A stretch of DNA of 64,000 nt from Octopus bimaculoides (GCF_001194135.2 NC_068987.1:76886753-76950752), one strand, 5' to 3'; positions 1 to 13,522 are shown, counted from the stretch's first letter. Translations and numbers: made by a program. Notes: a model not told the origin generated them from the sequence alone.

Positions 1-77
1 TCTGGTGGTGCTGGTGCTGGTGGTGCTGGTGACAATGGCAGTTGTGGTGGTTACAGTGCTGATGGTTGTGGAGTGGC

Positions 78-170
78 TGCTGTTGATGCCCTTCCTAATA
101 CCAACCACTATACAGAGAGCAACTGGGTGCTTTTATGCAGGACCGGCACAGGGACTTTTTATGTGTTCAA
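78..170 (-). mobile_element. Family B fragment (RTE-related 3' region)
   Basis: Contains gatgcccttcctaataccaaccact, the reverse complement of the family B motif gtggttggcgttaggaagggcatc. Confidence 0.6.
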
Positions 171-288
171 ATGCCACTGAAATCACCTTTGCTTTTTATC
201 CTTTCAGGGTCAACAAAATAAGGACCAGTTAGATCAGTGGTCCTCAACCATTTTTTACTTATGTATCTCTTTGATTACTATTTTATTC

Positions 289-697
289 TGGTGGAGCCCT
301 GTAACCAATCAATGTTTGCTTCCCAACCAAGTGGTTCCAGGTTCAATCTCACTACATGTCACCTTGGGCAAGTGTCTTCTACCATCATCATCTCAGGCCA
401 ACCAAAGCCTTGTGAGTGGATCTGGCAGACGGAAACTGAGAGAAGTCCATTGTATGTGTGTGTGTGTGTATGTGTGTGTTTGTCTCTCAATACTACTTTA
501 CAACCAGTGTTGGTCTGTTTATATCTCTGTTACTTAGCAGTTCAGCAAAAGAGACCAATAGAATAAGGACAAGGCTTAAGAGAAAAACAACAAAAAAAAC
601 CACTGGGGTCAATTCAATCAACTAAAAATTAAAGGTGGTACCCCTGCATGGCCACAGTCTAATGACTGAAACAGGAAAAAGATTAAAGATTAAAGAA
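289..697 (+). mobile_element. SINE family A, diverged full-length copy
   Basis: B-box-like ggttcaatctc, body caccttgggcaagtgtcttctac, internal (TG)n, 3' half ending aatgactgaaacaggaaaaagattaaag; aligns by eye with 40133-40563. Confidence 0.8.
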
Positions 698-1437
698 CGT
701 GGTCAGAAATTCTGTTACTTCATCAAACAGCCTAAGCTGGTCCTGGAGTTATGTAATACAAATGTCACTGACCAAGCAGATGTAAGATCAAGGTCATTCC
801 ACCCATGACCAGCCATTCTTATTCTTTAAGAAAAAACTGCTTAAGACTGCATCATTTAGTAGTGTTACTAGCCTTAGTAGAAGTCTTTACAAGTTGTGCA
901 TATGGCCACATACTTACGTCCATTGTAACCACACTTAAAAATTAAAGTGCTTGCAGAGATAGATTTGTTTAAAATAGCTAAGTGTTTATTTAAGCAACTC
1001 AACATGTTAAATAGCCAAATTTAGATCTCTTTTAATCACGCTGCATTTCCAAAATTTAAAATAGTATGCAAATTTATGACCTCATGAGACACATACCAAA
1101 ATAATCTTCATATTCTTAGATTTATATGCATTAAAGTATTGATTGTCTAAATATTTTTATTATTATTATTATTTTTTTTTTGTCTCTAAGAAAATTTAAT
1201 AATTGTTAACATTTCTGTACACATAGACAATTAGAGAGTAAATTTTGGCTGACGTCCAATGCAAGCTAAACGTCTGCACTTCAGTAACCAAAAAAAAAAA
1301 AAAAAATATGGGCGCTACATTATACCAGAGTGTACTTGCCAATTGCGATGGAGTAAAGACAAGAAAATGAATAAATATTTTCTAATTTTTCTAAAGAATT
1401 TTTCTTGTTTTCTTTTTTTCTTTTTTTTTTTTTCAGC

Positions 1438-1607
1438 AAGCATGGCTATGTGGATAGGAAGCTTGCTTTGCAGCCATGTTGAATCAGGTCCAATCCCACT
1501 GCATGGCACCTTGGGCAAGTGTCTTCTACGATAGTCCCAGATTGGCCGATGACTCTTTAGTAAATTTGGTCTATGGAAACTGTGTGGAAGCCCATATATG
1601 TGTGTGG
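1438..1607 (+). mobile_element. SINE family A, 5' half
   Basis: tggctatgtgg...caggtccaatcccactgcatggcaccttgggcaagtgtcttctac...ggaaactgtgtggaagccc followed by (TG)n. Confidence 0.75.
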
Positions 1608-1756
1608 TGAGCTGGCATGGTAAGCTGGGGAGCTGTACCAGACACCAGTCGCTTGTTTTGGTATGGGTTTTACAGCTGGATGCCCTTCCTAATGTCAACC
1701 ACTTTACAGTGCTAAGAGCACTGTCCGAGCATGATTGTTGCCAGAGCAGGTGCCTG

Positions 1757-2210
1757 GCTTGCATGCCAGTGGCACATAAATAGCACCATTAGAGCGTGAC
1801 CATTACCAGCGTCGCCTTCCTGGCACTTGGGCTGGTAGCACGTGAAAAGACATTCGAGCCAGATCATTGCCAGTGCCGCTGGACTGGCTCCTGTGCAGGT
1901 GGCACGTAAAATACACCATTTTGAGCATGGCCATTGCCAGTACCACCAGACTAGCCTTCATGTCGGTGGCACGTAAAAGCACCCACTACACTCTCAGAGT
2001 GGTTGGCGTTAGGAAGGNNNNNNNNNNGCACGTAAAAGCACCCACTACACTCTCAGAGTGGTTGGCGTTAGGAAGGGCATCCAGCTGTAGAAACTCTGCC
2101 AAATCAGATTGGAGCCTGGTGTAACCATCTGGTTCGCCAGTCCTCAGTCAAATCATCCAACCCATGCTAGCATGGAAGGCAGACACTAAACAACGATGAT
2201 GATGATGATG
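1757..2210 (+). mobile_element. Family B (RTE 3' UTR-type element) with ~65-bp internal subrepeats and (GAT)n tail
   Basis: Repeated ggcacgtaaaa units, gtggttggcgttaggaagggcatccagctgtagaaactctgccaaa, then ccatgctagcatggaaggcagacactaaacaacgatgatgatg. Confidence 0.85.
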
Positions 2211-2566
2211 TTGTTTTCAATTTGCTGCAGAAAGTGGCTTACATTTGTGGTGCTGAGTGTGTGTGGGAGGAGGCTAGGAACGTGGCTTGAGTGTCAAAGG
2301 CATGGCAGCCCGAAAAAGTTTGGGAATCACTGAACCCATGCCAGCATGGAAAATGGACATTAAATGATGATGATGGTGGTGGTGATAACAATGATGATAT
2401 ACAACAGGCTTCTTTCAGTTTCCATCTACCAAATCCAATCACAAGGCTTTGGTTGGCTTGGGATTATAGGTGCCAGATAATTGCCCTCCCCCCAACAAAT
2501 TCTGACTGGCCCATGCAATTATGGAGAAGTGGATGTTAAATAATGACGATGATGACGACAACGACA

Positions 2567-2597
<31 letters not shown>

Positions 2598-4212
2598 CAA
2601 TGATGAAGGTTCCTCAATGTTAAACCATACCAAGCTAAACCATATGCCCTTAATCTCACTATCTTGCTCTTTCTCTCTTACATTCAGTAAACCAAATACC
2701 AGTAATCTACTTGGGTTTCTAAGTTTCTAATATACACTACAACCCTCTACAAAAAAAAACCCTTCTTTTCAATCAAAAGAAAATTAAGAAAAGGAAAAAG
2801 AAAGAAGGAATAAAATAAAAGATTATTTATCTGTGGAACAGACATGTCTTGCACATATCATAGTTGGGAAAAATATTAGATAAAAACAATAATAAAATAC
2901 ACGAAAAAAATAGAAGCTAAAAGCACAGACATGGTTGATAACTATGGTGGTGGTGGTGGTGGTGGTGGNNNNNNNNNNNNNNNNNNNNNNNNNNNNNNNN
3001 NNNNNNNNNNNNNNNNNNNNNNNNNNNNNNNNNNNNNNNNNNNNNNNNNNNNNNNNNNNNNNNNNNNNNNNNNNNNNNNNNNNNNNNNNNNNNNNNNNNN
3101 NNNNNNNNNNNNNNNNNNNNNNNNNNNNNNNNNNNNNNNNNNNNNNNNNNNNNNNNNNNNNNNNNNNNNNNNNNNNNNNNNNNNNNNNNNNNNNNNNNNN
3201 NNNNNNNNNNNNNNNNNNNNNNNNNNNNNNNNNNNNNNNNNNNNNNNNNNNNNNNNNNNNNNNNNNNNNNNNNNNNNNNNNNNNNNNNNNNNNNNNNNNN
3301 NNNNNNNNNNNNNNNNNNNNNNNNNNNNNNNNNNNNNNNNNNNNNNNNNNNNNNNNNNNNNNNNNNNNNNNNNNNNNNNNNNNNNNNNNNNNNNNNNNNN
3401 NNNNNNNNNNNNNNNNNNNNNNNNNNNNNNNNNNNNNNNNNNNNNNNNNNNNNNNNNNNNNNNNNNNTGGTGGTGGTGGTGATGGTGGTGGTGGTGATGG
3501 TGGTGGTGATGGTGGTGGTGGTGGTGGTGGTTGTGGTGGAGATGGTGATGACTTTAATATTTTAATCACTGCTTACTAAGATATTAGTTTGGAAATCTAT
3601 CACTGTTCGAAAAAGTAAAAAATCCTAAAATAAAAACAAAACACGAACTGTAAGAACCACCACCACAACCACTACCACCACCACCACCACAACCATTACT
3701 ACCACCAAAAAATGCTACAAAACCACCAAATATTGCTGCTTGCCTGACATTTTAAATATATCTTCACTGGAACAAAGTAATTATCTTTTTCTACAATTTT
3801 ATTAAATTTCTATTATTTTATTTTAATATTTGTAGATTTTAGTTGTAGTTTTTTTTTCTTCCTCTTTACTCATTTTACAACAGAGAAGACGTGGAAAAGT
3901 AGAAATAAATAAATAGATGAATAAATAAATAAATAAATAAATGAATAAATGAATAGTGAAAGATATAAAAAAAGAGTAAATCAAGCACCTAACCACTGCC
4001 ACCACCACCACCACTCTTACTTTTGTCATCACTATCATTATCATTGTTATCATGATCGTTATCATCATCATCAGCATCAATATTTCTTTAACTGCCTGTT
4101 ATCCCTATCATCATCATCATCATCATCATCATCGTCGTCAACATCATATTTCGAATCATCTTCATCATTATCGTCGTCATCATCATCATCAACATATTTA
4201 TAATTATCATCG

Positions 4213-4516
4213 TTGTTTCGAGCGAGATCATTACCAGTGCCGCGGGACTGGCTCCTGTGCAGGTGGCATGTAAAAAAACACCATTTGAGCATGGCTATTG
4301 CCAGTACCGCACGACTGGCCCTCGTGCCGGTGACACGTAAAAGCACCCACTACACTCTCAGAGTGGTTGGCGTTAGGAAGGGCATCCAGCTGTATTAACT
4401 CTGCCAGATCAGATTGGAGCCTGATGCAGCCTTCTGACTTGCCAGTCCTCAGTCAAACTGTCCAACCCATGCTAGCATGGAAAGCAGACGTTGAACGATG
4501 ATGATGATGATGATGT
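4213..4516 (+). mobile_element. Family B copy
   Basis: Near-identical to 1860-2210; ends gcatggaaagcagacgttgaacgatgatgatg. Confidence 0.85.
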
Positions 4517-4691
4517 TGTTGTCACCGCCACAGTTGCCACCATCATCACCATCATCACCATCAACATCATCGTCAGCAGCACTTTCACCATCAACTTATG
4601 TACATCTCCATCATCATGGTCATCATCATCATCATCACCAGTCAGCACCGCCATCTCTGTAACCCCCATCACTACTAGGCTCCATCACATC

Positions 4692-4722
<31 letters not shown>

Positions 4723-4984
4723 CTGCCACTCTCTCTCAAAGGAAAAAAAAAACAGCATTGTTCTTGTCATCATCATCACTATAATCATTTGATCATCATC
4801 ATTATCATCGCCACCGCCGCTGCCACCATCGCCTCCGTCGCCACCATCACTACCACCGTTGTGACACCATCTCGTCTTTGAGATGAAGGGGAAGAAGAAA
4901 AAAAAAGAGTAAAGAAAAAAACACAATTTTGATTTATTCTTCTCTTACATGTGAAGTTATTGAATGTTGTTTAAAACATGAGCA

Positions 4985-5963
4985 CTGTTATTGTTGTTGT
5001 TGTTGGTATGGGTGGTGGTGGTGGTGGTGGTGGTGGGTGGTGGTTGTGGTGGTGGTTGTGGTGGTGGTGATATTGGNNNNNNNNNNNNNNNNNNNNNNNN
5101 NNNNNNNNNNNNNNNNNNNNNNNNNNNNNNNNNNNNNNNNNNNNNNNNNNNNNNNNNNNNNNNNNNNNNNNNNNNNNNNNNNNNNNNNNNNNNNNNNNNN
5201 NNNNNNNNNNNNNNNNNNNNNNNNNNNNNNNNNNNNNNNNNNNNNNNNNNNNNNNNNNNNNNNNNNNNNNNNNNNNNNNNNNNNNNNNNNNNNNNNNNNN
5301 NNNNNNNNNNNNNNNNNNNNNNNNNNNNNNNNNNNNNNNNNNNNNNNNNNNNNNNNNNNNNNNNNNNNNNNNNNNNNNNNNNNNNNNNNNNNNNNNNNNN
5401 NNNNNNNNNNNNNNNNNNNNNNNNNNNNNNNNNNNNNNNNNNNNNNNNNNNNNNNNNNNNNNNNNNNNNNNNNNNNNNNNNNNNGTGGTGGTTGTGGTGG
5501 TGGTGATATTGGTGGTGGTGGTGGTGGTGGTGGTAGTGGTGGTGGTGATATTGGTGGTGGTGGTATTGGTGGAGGTGGTACTGGTGGTGGCGGAGGTGGT
5601 ACTGGTGGTGGTGGTGGCAGTGGTATTGGTGGTGCTGGTAATGGTGTTGTCCTTGTTGCTGGTTGTGATGGCAGCAGTCTTCGTGTTCTTGTTAAGGGTG
5701 ATGGCAGCAGCAGTGGTGAAGGCTGTGGCGGTAGTCGCCATTGTAGCTGTGTTGGTGGTGCTGGAAGTGGTAGTAATGGTGGTGGCAGTAGTGTTGGTGG
5801 TGTCCTTGTGGTTGTTTGTTATGATGGTAGTTTCGTTGTTGTGGTTGTCGTTGGTGGTGGTGGTGGTGGTGGTGGTGGTGGTAGTGGTGCTGACAGTGTC
5901 ATTGATGCTGGTGTGATACTTTTTTGATGATGGTGTAGTTGATGATGCTACTGTTGCTGTTGT

Positions 5964-5994
<31 letters not shown>

Positions 5995-6117
5995 ACTACT
6001 GCCACTGGTGGTCATGGTGCTGATGTCAACGGTAGTGATCATGGTTGCGATGCTGCGTTCTTATTTTAGCTTGCTGCGGTACGAGTTGTAGTGATTATGA
6101 CGGTGACGGTAGCAGTC

Positions 6118-6148
<31 letters not shown>

Positions 6149-6180
6149 GGATGATGAGGAGGAGGATGATGCTGATGATG

Positions 6181-6211
<31 letters not shown>

Positions 6212-6258
6212 GGATGATGATGATAATGCTGTTGATGATGATGATGAGGAGGAGGATG

Positions 6259-6307
<49 letters not shown>

Positions 6308-6384
6308 GGAGGAGGAGGAGGAGGAGGAGGATGAGGATGATGATGATGATGATGATAATGCTGTTGATGATGATGATGATGATG

Positions 6385-6419
<35 letters not shown>

Positions 6420-6810
6420 AATGCTGTTGATGATGATGATGATGATGAGGATGATGATGATGATGATGCTGATGATGATGATGATGGTGGTGGTGGTAAT
6501 GATGATAATGCTGTTGATGATGTTGATGATGATGATGATGATGAGGAGGAGGATGAGGATGGTGAGGATGATGATGATGCTGTTGATGATGATGATGATG
6601 CTGTTGATGATGATGATGATGATGCATTTGCTGTTGTTATTGTGGTGGTGTTGATGTTATTGCAGCCATTGGTAAAAGAGCTGTGTGTAGTTGTGATATG
6701 GTAGCGGTGAGGTTTGCCGTGGCAGCGATGGTGACGGCGATACTGTCGTTGCCGTCATCGTTGTTGTCGTCATCGTCGTCGTCGTTGTTGTTGTTGTTGT
6801 TGCTGTTGTT
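4985..6810. repeat. Trinucleotide low-complexity block: (GGT)n, (GTT)n, (GCT)n, (GAT)n, (GAG)n
   Basis: Direct reading; several frames on both strands are open only because the repeats lack stops. Confidence 0.95.
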
Positions 6811-7267
6811 TGAGATTACTTATTTATTTCTTTGAAGGAATGAATGTGTCTTAGATGAAAAAAAAAATATATATTCCCGTAGCATTTCAAAAGAGGATAA
6901 GCAGAACGGTGGTGGTGGTGGTGGTGGAGGTAATGCACAGGAGAGGAAAGAGGGTGGGGGAAAAAGAAAGAATTTATAAATAAATAAACATAAAGAAAGG
7001 AAGAAAAAAAGACAGAAAGAAAGTAAATAGGGAAGAAAAAGAAAAGCGAAGAAAGCCAAAATATAAGAAATGGACTAGATTTATAGAATCTGTAAAAGAT
7101 CTAAAATCAACTGTAAAAATAGCAACTTTAGCAATGTCTTCTATCAGATGACAAGCACCAACAACAACAACATCAACAGCAGCAGCAACAGTTAGAAGAG
7201 CATATTGAAGAGCAGCTACACAGCTAGAAATAGCTGCCAAATTTCCTCTCAATTTTGCACTATTCAT

Positions 7268-7690
7268 TTATTCTTCTATTCTTTTACTTGTTTCAGTCAT
7301 CTGACTGTGGCCATGCTGGAGCACCACCTTTTTTAGTCGAGCAAATCGACCCCAGGGTTTATTCTTTGTAAGCCCAGTATTTATTCTATCAGTCTCTTTT
7401 GCCAAACTGCCAAGTTACGGGGGACGTAAACACACCAGCATTGGTTGTCAAGCGATGCTGGGGGGACAAAGACAGACACACAGACCTATACATACACACA
7501 CACATACACACACATATACATATATACGATGGGCTTCTTTCAGTTTCCGTCTACCAAATCCACTCACAAGGCTTTGGTCGGCCTGAGGCTATAGTAGAAG
7601 ACACTTGCCCAAGGCACCACGCAATGGGACTGAACCTGGAACCATGTGGATAGTAAGCAAGCTACTTACCACACAGCCACTCCTGCGCCT
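7268..7690 (-). mobile_element. SINE family A, full-length
   Basis: Reverse complement begins aggcgcaggagtggctgtgtggtaagtagc (A box), ggttcagtccc (B box), internal (TA/TG)n, tail gtaaaagaatagaagaataa. Confidence 0.9.
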
Positions 7691-8307
7691 ATCTTCATAA
7701 AGAAAAAAGTGATGCTGGGAATTCAAGATACGGCTTCCTAGTTTGTTAGTTAAGACAAGAGATAAAGCATTGAAAGCCAAAAGTACAACCATAATAGACA
7801 GGATAGAATACAAGAAGTCAGAAAAAATGTGAAGAACAAAATAGTCATCAAGAATAAAGGTGTACAGGCATATCGGAAGTAGTGCTGGAGAATTCCAAGA
7901 AGCATGGAATATTTGAAGGATGCAGTGTCCTGAAAGTTAACAACTGGTGAAGGTAGTGTACTCAATACTAACTCTTCCTCTCTGTCTCTCTCTCTCTCTC
8001 TCTCTTTAAAGCTAATCCATTAGAAAAGGATAACACAAAGAAGGTAATCCATGGTCTATATTGAATGAAAGGGGGAAAGATTTGAGGAAAAGTAAAGAGA
8101 GGGTAAGTCACAGTNNNNNNNNNNNNNNNNNNNNNNNNNNNNNNNNNNNNNNNNNNNNNNNNNNNNNNNNNNNNNNNNNNNNNNNNNNNNNNNNNNNNNN
8201 NNNNNNNNNNNNNNAAACACACTCACACACACAGATACGCACATTCACACACAAACTCACACATACACTCACACATATACACACGCATAGATACACACAC
8301 GCACATT

Positions 8308-8345
<38 letters not shown>

Positions 8346-8703
8346 CACACACTCACACACATAAAAACACACTTACACACTCAGACACTCACGTATAAAC
8401 ACACACACGCTCACACACTTATACGCATACACACGCTCACACACACCCACACACTCACACCCACACCCACACATTCACGCACACACTCACACAAACACAC
8501 AGACTCACACACACACGCACACCCATAAATTTATATAAATTTTTAAATAGTGGCAATATGCAATGAACCAGCAAATTTTAATTAATTTACATTAATTCAA
8601 GATCCACATTTATCTGGCCATATTAATATGGCCAGGATGCTACATCACTTGATACATTATTCCATTTGACATTTAAATCCTAACATTATTTCTCAGATCC
8701 TAA

Positions 8704-8822
8704 GCCGGCAAGCTTCTAGAAACGTTAGCACAATGAGTGAAATGCTTAGTGGTATTTCATCTGTCTTTATGTTCTGAGTTCAAATCCTGCCGAGGTCGAA
8801 TTTGCCTTTCATCCTTTCAGGT
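8704..8822 (+). mobile_element. SINE family C, 5' part
   Basis: gaaacgttagcac...gttctgagttcaaatcctgccgaggtcgaatttgcctttcatcctttc. Confidence 0.8.
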
Positions 8823-8990
8823 GGTGGTGGTGGTGGTTCTAGTGCTGGTAGTGGTGATGATGACGATGATGATGATGATAGTAGTGATGGTGGTGACAAT
8901 GATGACGATGGTGGTGGTGGTGGTGATGGCGGCGGTGGTAGTGGTGGTGATGATGATTACGATGATAGCGATGATGGTGACGACGACGAC

Positions 8991-9024
<34 letters not shown>

Positions 9025-9286
9025 GTGATGACCAACATCATCATAGTTATCAGCGTCATTTTAATGTCCACTTTTCCATGTTCACATTGGTCAAATGGAC
9101 CTTGTTGAACTGGATTTTCTACATCCCAGTGCCTTTCCTGTCTCCCACCCTCATCTGTTCCCCAGTAAAGTAATGCTTCCCCACCCCACCCCATGTCTCC
9201 ACTGAGGACTGGCAACAAAGAACATTTCTTGCATGACAGTGATACTTGCTTGGAACTGTCCTGTGATGACAAGGCTGGGAGACAGG

Positions 9287-9289
<3 letters not shown>

Positions 9290-9324
<35 letters not shown>

Positions 9325-9780
9325 CACTGACACACACACATGCACTGACACACACACATGNNNNNNNNNNNNNNNNNNNNNNNNNNNNNNNNNNNNNNNN
9401 NNNNNNNNNNNNNNNNNNNNNNNNNNNNNNNNNNNNNNNNNNNNNNNNNNNNNNNNNNNNNNNNNNNNNNNNNNNNNNNNNNNNNNNNNNNNNNNNNNNN
9501 NNNNNNNNNNNNNNNNNNNNNNNNNNNNNNNNNNNNNNNNNNNNNNNNNNNNNNNNNNNNNNNNNNNNNNNNNNNNNNNNNNNNNNNNNNNNNNNNNNNN
9601 NNNNNNNNNNNNNNNNNNNNNNNNNNNNNNNNNNNNNNNNNNNNNNNNNNNNNNNNNNNNNCACACACACACACACACACACACACATGCACTGACACAC
9701 ACACATGCACTGACACACACACATGCATTGACACACACACACACGCACTGACACACACACACGCACTGACACACACACAT
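9290..9780. repeat. (CA)n-derived minisatellite, 18-20-bp unit catgcactga(ca)n
   Basis: Unit repeated on both sides of the N-gap 9361-9661. Confidence 0.85.
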
Positions 9781-9990
9781 GGGGAGAGAGAGAGACAGAG
9801 AGAAAGACTGACAGAGACAGACAGAGACAGCGACAGACAGTGAGAGATGGGCTTCTTGCTGTTTCCATCTACCAAATCCACTCACAAGGCTTTTGTCAAC
9901 TGAGCCATAGTGAAAGACATTTACCAAAGATGCCACACAAGGGAATTGAACCTGAGACCATACAATCACACACCTTCTCATCATGCGTAT

Positions 9991-10034
<44 letters not shown>

Positions 10035-11284
10035 GATAGAACAATACATACACACACACACACAGATACACAGATCAATGTATGTAACCTCATGAATATG
10101 TAAAATCATATGTGAAGGGTAGAATTAACTTCTTCATCAATGAAGTGTAAGACACTTATATAAGTGTATATTGTGACTGTGCGTATATATGTATGTATGC
10201 TCTGTGTATGTGTACGTGTGTGTGCATGTATATATGTGTGTGTATATATATATGTCTGTGTGTGTATATACATAGATGTATATATACATTTACACACACA
10301 CTCAAAACACACACATATATGCACGTGTATGCGTGTGTGTATGAGGCATGTCCANNNNNNNNNNNNNNNNNNNNNNNNNNNNNNNNNNNNNNNNNNNNNN
10401 NNNNNNNNNNNNNNNNNNNNNNNNNNNNNNNNNNNNNNNNNNNNNNNNNNNNNNNNNNNNNNNNNNNNNNNNNNNNNNNNNNNNNNNNNNNNNNNNNNNN
10501 NNNNNNNNNNNNNNNNNNNNNNNNNNNNNNNNNNNNNNNNNNNNNNNNNNNNNNNNNNNNNNNNNNNNNNNNNNNNNNNNNNNNNNNNNNNNNNNNNNNN
10601 NNNNNNNNNNNNNNNNNNNNNNNNNNNNNNNNNNNNNNNNNNNNNNNNNNNNNNNNNNNNNNNNNNNNNNNNNNNNNNNNNNNNNNNNNNNNNNNNNNNN
10701 NNNNNNNNNNNNNNNNNNNNNNNNNNNNNNNNNNNNNNNNNNNNNNNNNNNNNNNNNNNNNNNNNNNNNNNNNNNNNNNNNNNNNNNNNNNNNNNNNNNN
10801 NNNNNNNNNNNNNNNNNNNNNNNNNNNNNNNNNNNNNNNNNNNNNNNNNNNNNNNNNNNNNNNNNNNNNNNNNNNNNNNNNNNNNNNNNNNATATATATA
10901 TATATATATATACACATATATATATATGTATGCATGTATGTGTTATATATGTTATATATGTTCACCGTAAAACATATTCTTGGAAGGATAAATTGGTTGG
11001 AAATATTAATTGCCAAATAAAAAATAAATAAAAAAGCAATTGTAGAACGTTTGTTGAGACATTTATATTTTTCAAAGAAATAGTTAAAAAGAATTAGAAG
11101 TTATCATTGGTCACATAATGATATTTAGCACATTTATATCGGACAGGTTATTTATTAAATGTCATCTCATTAAATACGTATTTGTATAGTGTATAAGTGT
11201 TCAACGGTCACAGATATAGTTATGATTTCTTGAAATACCTATAAACAAGATCATAGCTTACTCAAGGAAATCCTCCTCCTTCTC

Positions 11285-11690
11285 CTCATCATCATTTAAC
11301 ATCCGTCTTCCATGCTGGCATGAGTTGGATGGGTTGAGGGGGAGCTTGCAAGCCAGAGGATTGCACCAGGCTCCACTGTCTGTTTTGGCATGGTTTTTAT
11401 GACTGGATGCTCTTTGTAAAGCCAACCCCTTTACAGAGCAGACTGGGTGCTTTTTTTTTTACATGGCACCAGCATTGACAAAGTCTGCTTTAGCATGGTA
11501 TTTATGGTTGGATGCCCTTCATAATGCCAACCACTTTATAAAGCAAACTGGGTGCTTTTCATATGGCTCCAGCACCAGTGAGGTCTGTTAAGGTATGGTT
11601 TTTCCAGCTCGATGCCCTTCCAAATGCCAACCACTTCATAAAGCTGACTAGGTGCATTTTATGTGGCACCAGCACTGGTGAGGTCACTCA
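11285..11690 (-). mobile_element. Family B variant with a triplicated ~100-bp internal unit
   Basis: catcatcatttaacatccgtcttccatgctggcatg tail; ggatgc(c/t)ctt...gccaacc occurs three times (~11405, ~11510, ~11610). Confidence 0.75.
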
Positions 11691-12122
11691 GTATCTTTAA
11701 AAACAAAGGTCCTTCGAGAAAGGGGGGATATTGAAGGATGTTGTTTTGTGACAGGTGACGAGAGAAGGACAGAAACAAGTGTCTTGCTATAGTGGAAATA
11801 CATGGTTTCCTCAGTCAGAGGGAGAGGGAGTGAGGATAAGAGAGAGAAAGAGAGAGAGAGAGAGAATGAGATTGAGCAAAATAGATGTTGGCAGTGAGCC
11901 ATGGCATAGTCTTAAGGCGTGAGGGTGTGAATATAAATGGGGTGGTAAGGGATTGCCCAGGAATCATGCATACATCATCATCATCATCAATTATAATCAG
12001 TAGCATAACCGGGGAGGAAGGGGGGCATGTGCCCAGGGCACTGATTGAGGTGGAGGGGGCACAAAGTTGACCGTAATACAATAGGCTTGAACTTCATTTA
12101 TAAAATTTATAGAAATAAACAT

Positions 12123-12308
12123 AGGCGCAGGAGTGGCTGTGTGGTAAGTAGCTTGCTTACCAGCCACATGGTTCTGGTTTCAGTCACACTGTGTGGCACC
12201 TTGGGCAAGNNNNNNNNNNGGTCGATTTGCTCGACTAAAAAGGCAGTGCTCCAGCATGGCCGCAGTCAAATGACTGAAACAAGTAAAAGAGTAAAAGAGT
12301 AAAAGAGA
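12123..12308 (+). mobile_element. SINE family A (middle lost in 10-N gap)
   Basis: aggcgcaggagtggctgtgtggtaagtagcttgc head; (GAGTAAAA)n tail. Confidence 0.85.
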
Positions 12309-13469
12309 GTACATACATATATGAACACATGCAAAAACGCTTATTGTTTACATTAATGTAATCAATTGCTAAACATTCTGATATCGCACAGTTCCACATG
12401 ATTGATGACTATCTGTAAGTCATCCACGGTGCCTTATCATGCAATATGAAAGACATGTCACAACGTTTATTTGTTCTCTTATTATTTCCTAATAAGAAAA
12501 TAAATAGCCTGAGAACAAATTGAAAACATATATTTCATTTTTATAATTTGTCTTAGTATCTTAAAATTACTATAATTTGTTTTAAAGACAAAATAAATAT
12601 TGTTTTCTATATTTTTTGTAAGAGAATATGACTTTCAATGAATTTGATTGAGATTGATATGTTTCTGTTCAGTTTGTCTTTCAAACAATTTGTTTTTCAT
12701 CGATATATATGTATATATNNNNNNNNNNNNNNNNNNNNNNNNNNNNNNNNNNNNNNNNNNNNNNNNNNNNNNNNNNNNNNNNNNNNNNNNNNNNNNNNNN
12801 NNNNNNNNNNNNNNNNNNNNNNNNNNNNNNNNNNNNNNNNNNNNNNNNNNNNNNNNNNNNNNNNNNNNNNNNNNNNNNNNNNNNNNNNNNNNNNNNNNNN
12901 NNNNNNNNNNNNNNNNNNNNNNNNNNNNNNNNNNNNNNNNNNNNNNNNNNNNNNNNNNNNNNNNNNNNNNNNNNNNNNNNNNNNNNNNNNNNNNNNNNNN
13001 NNNNNNNNNNNNNNNNNNNNNNNNNNNNNNNNNNNNNNNNNNNNNNNNNNNNNNNNNNNNNNNNNNNNNNNNNNNNNNNNNNNNNNNNNNNNNNNNNNNN
13101 NNNNNNNNNNNNNNNNNNNNNNNNNNNNNNNNNNNNNNNNNNNNNNNNNNNNNNNNNNNNNNNNNNNNNNNNNNNNNNNNNNNNNNNNNNNNNNNNNNNN
13201 NNNNNNNNNNNNNNNNNNNNNNNNNNNNNNNNNNNNNNNNNNNNNNNNNNNNNNNNNNNNNNNNNNNNNNNNNNNNNNNNNNNNNNNNNNNNNNNNNNNN
13301 NNNNNNNNNNNNNNNNNNNNNNNNNNNNNNNNNNNNNNNNNNNNNNNNNNNNNNNNNNNNNNNNNNNNNNNNNNNNNNNNNNNNNNNNNNNNNNNNNNNN
13401 NNNNNNNNNNNNNNNNNNNNNNNNNNNNNNNNNNNNNNNNNNNNNNNNNNNNNNNNNNNNNNNNNNNNN

Positions 13470-13522
<53 letters not shown>

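Noticed and set aside
1966-2078. Apparent 50-bp tandem duplication in family B
   Set aside because: Identical copies sit on either side of a 10-N gap, which indicates an unmerged contig overlap.
5485-6704. Gly-rich, Thr-rich, poly-Asp, poly-His and poly-Met ORFs
   Set aside because: All are alternative frames of (GGT)n/(GAT)n microsatellite; no unique domain or splice evidence.
7145-7230. Possible polyQ terminal exon (DKHQQQQHQQQQQQLEEHIEEQLHS*) after an AG
   Set aside because: Weak polypyrimidine tract, built on a CAA/CAG microsatellite, and no partner exons found.
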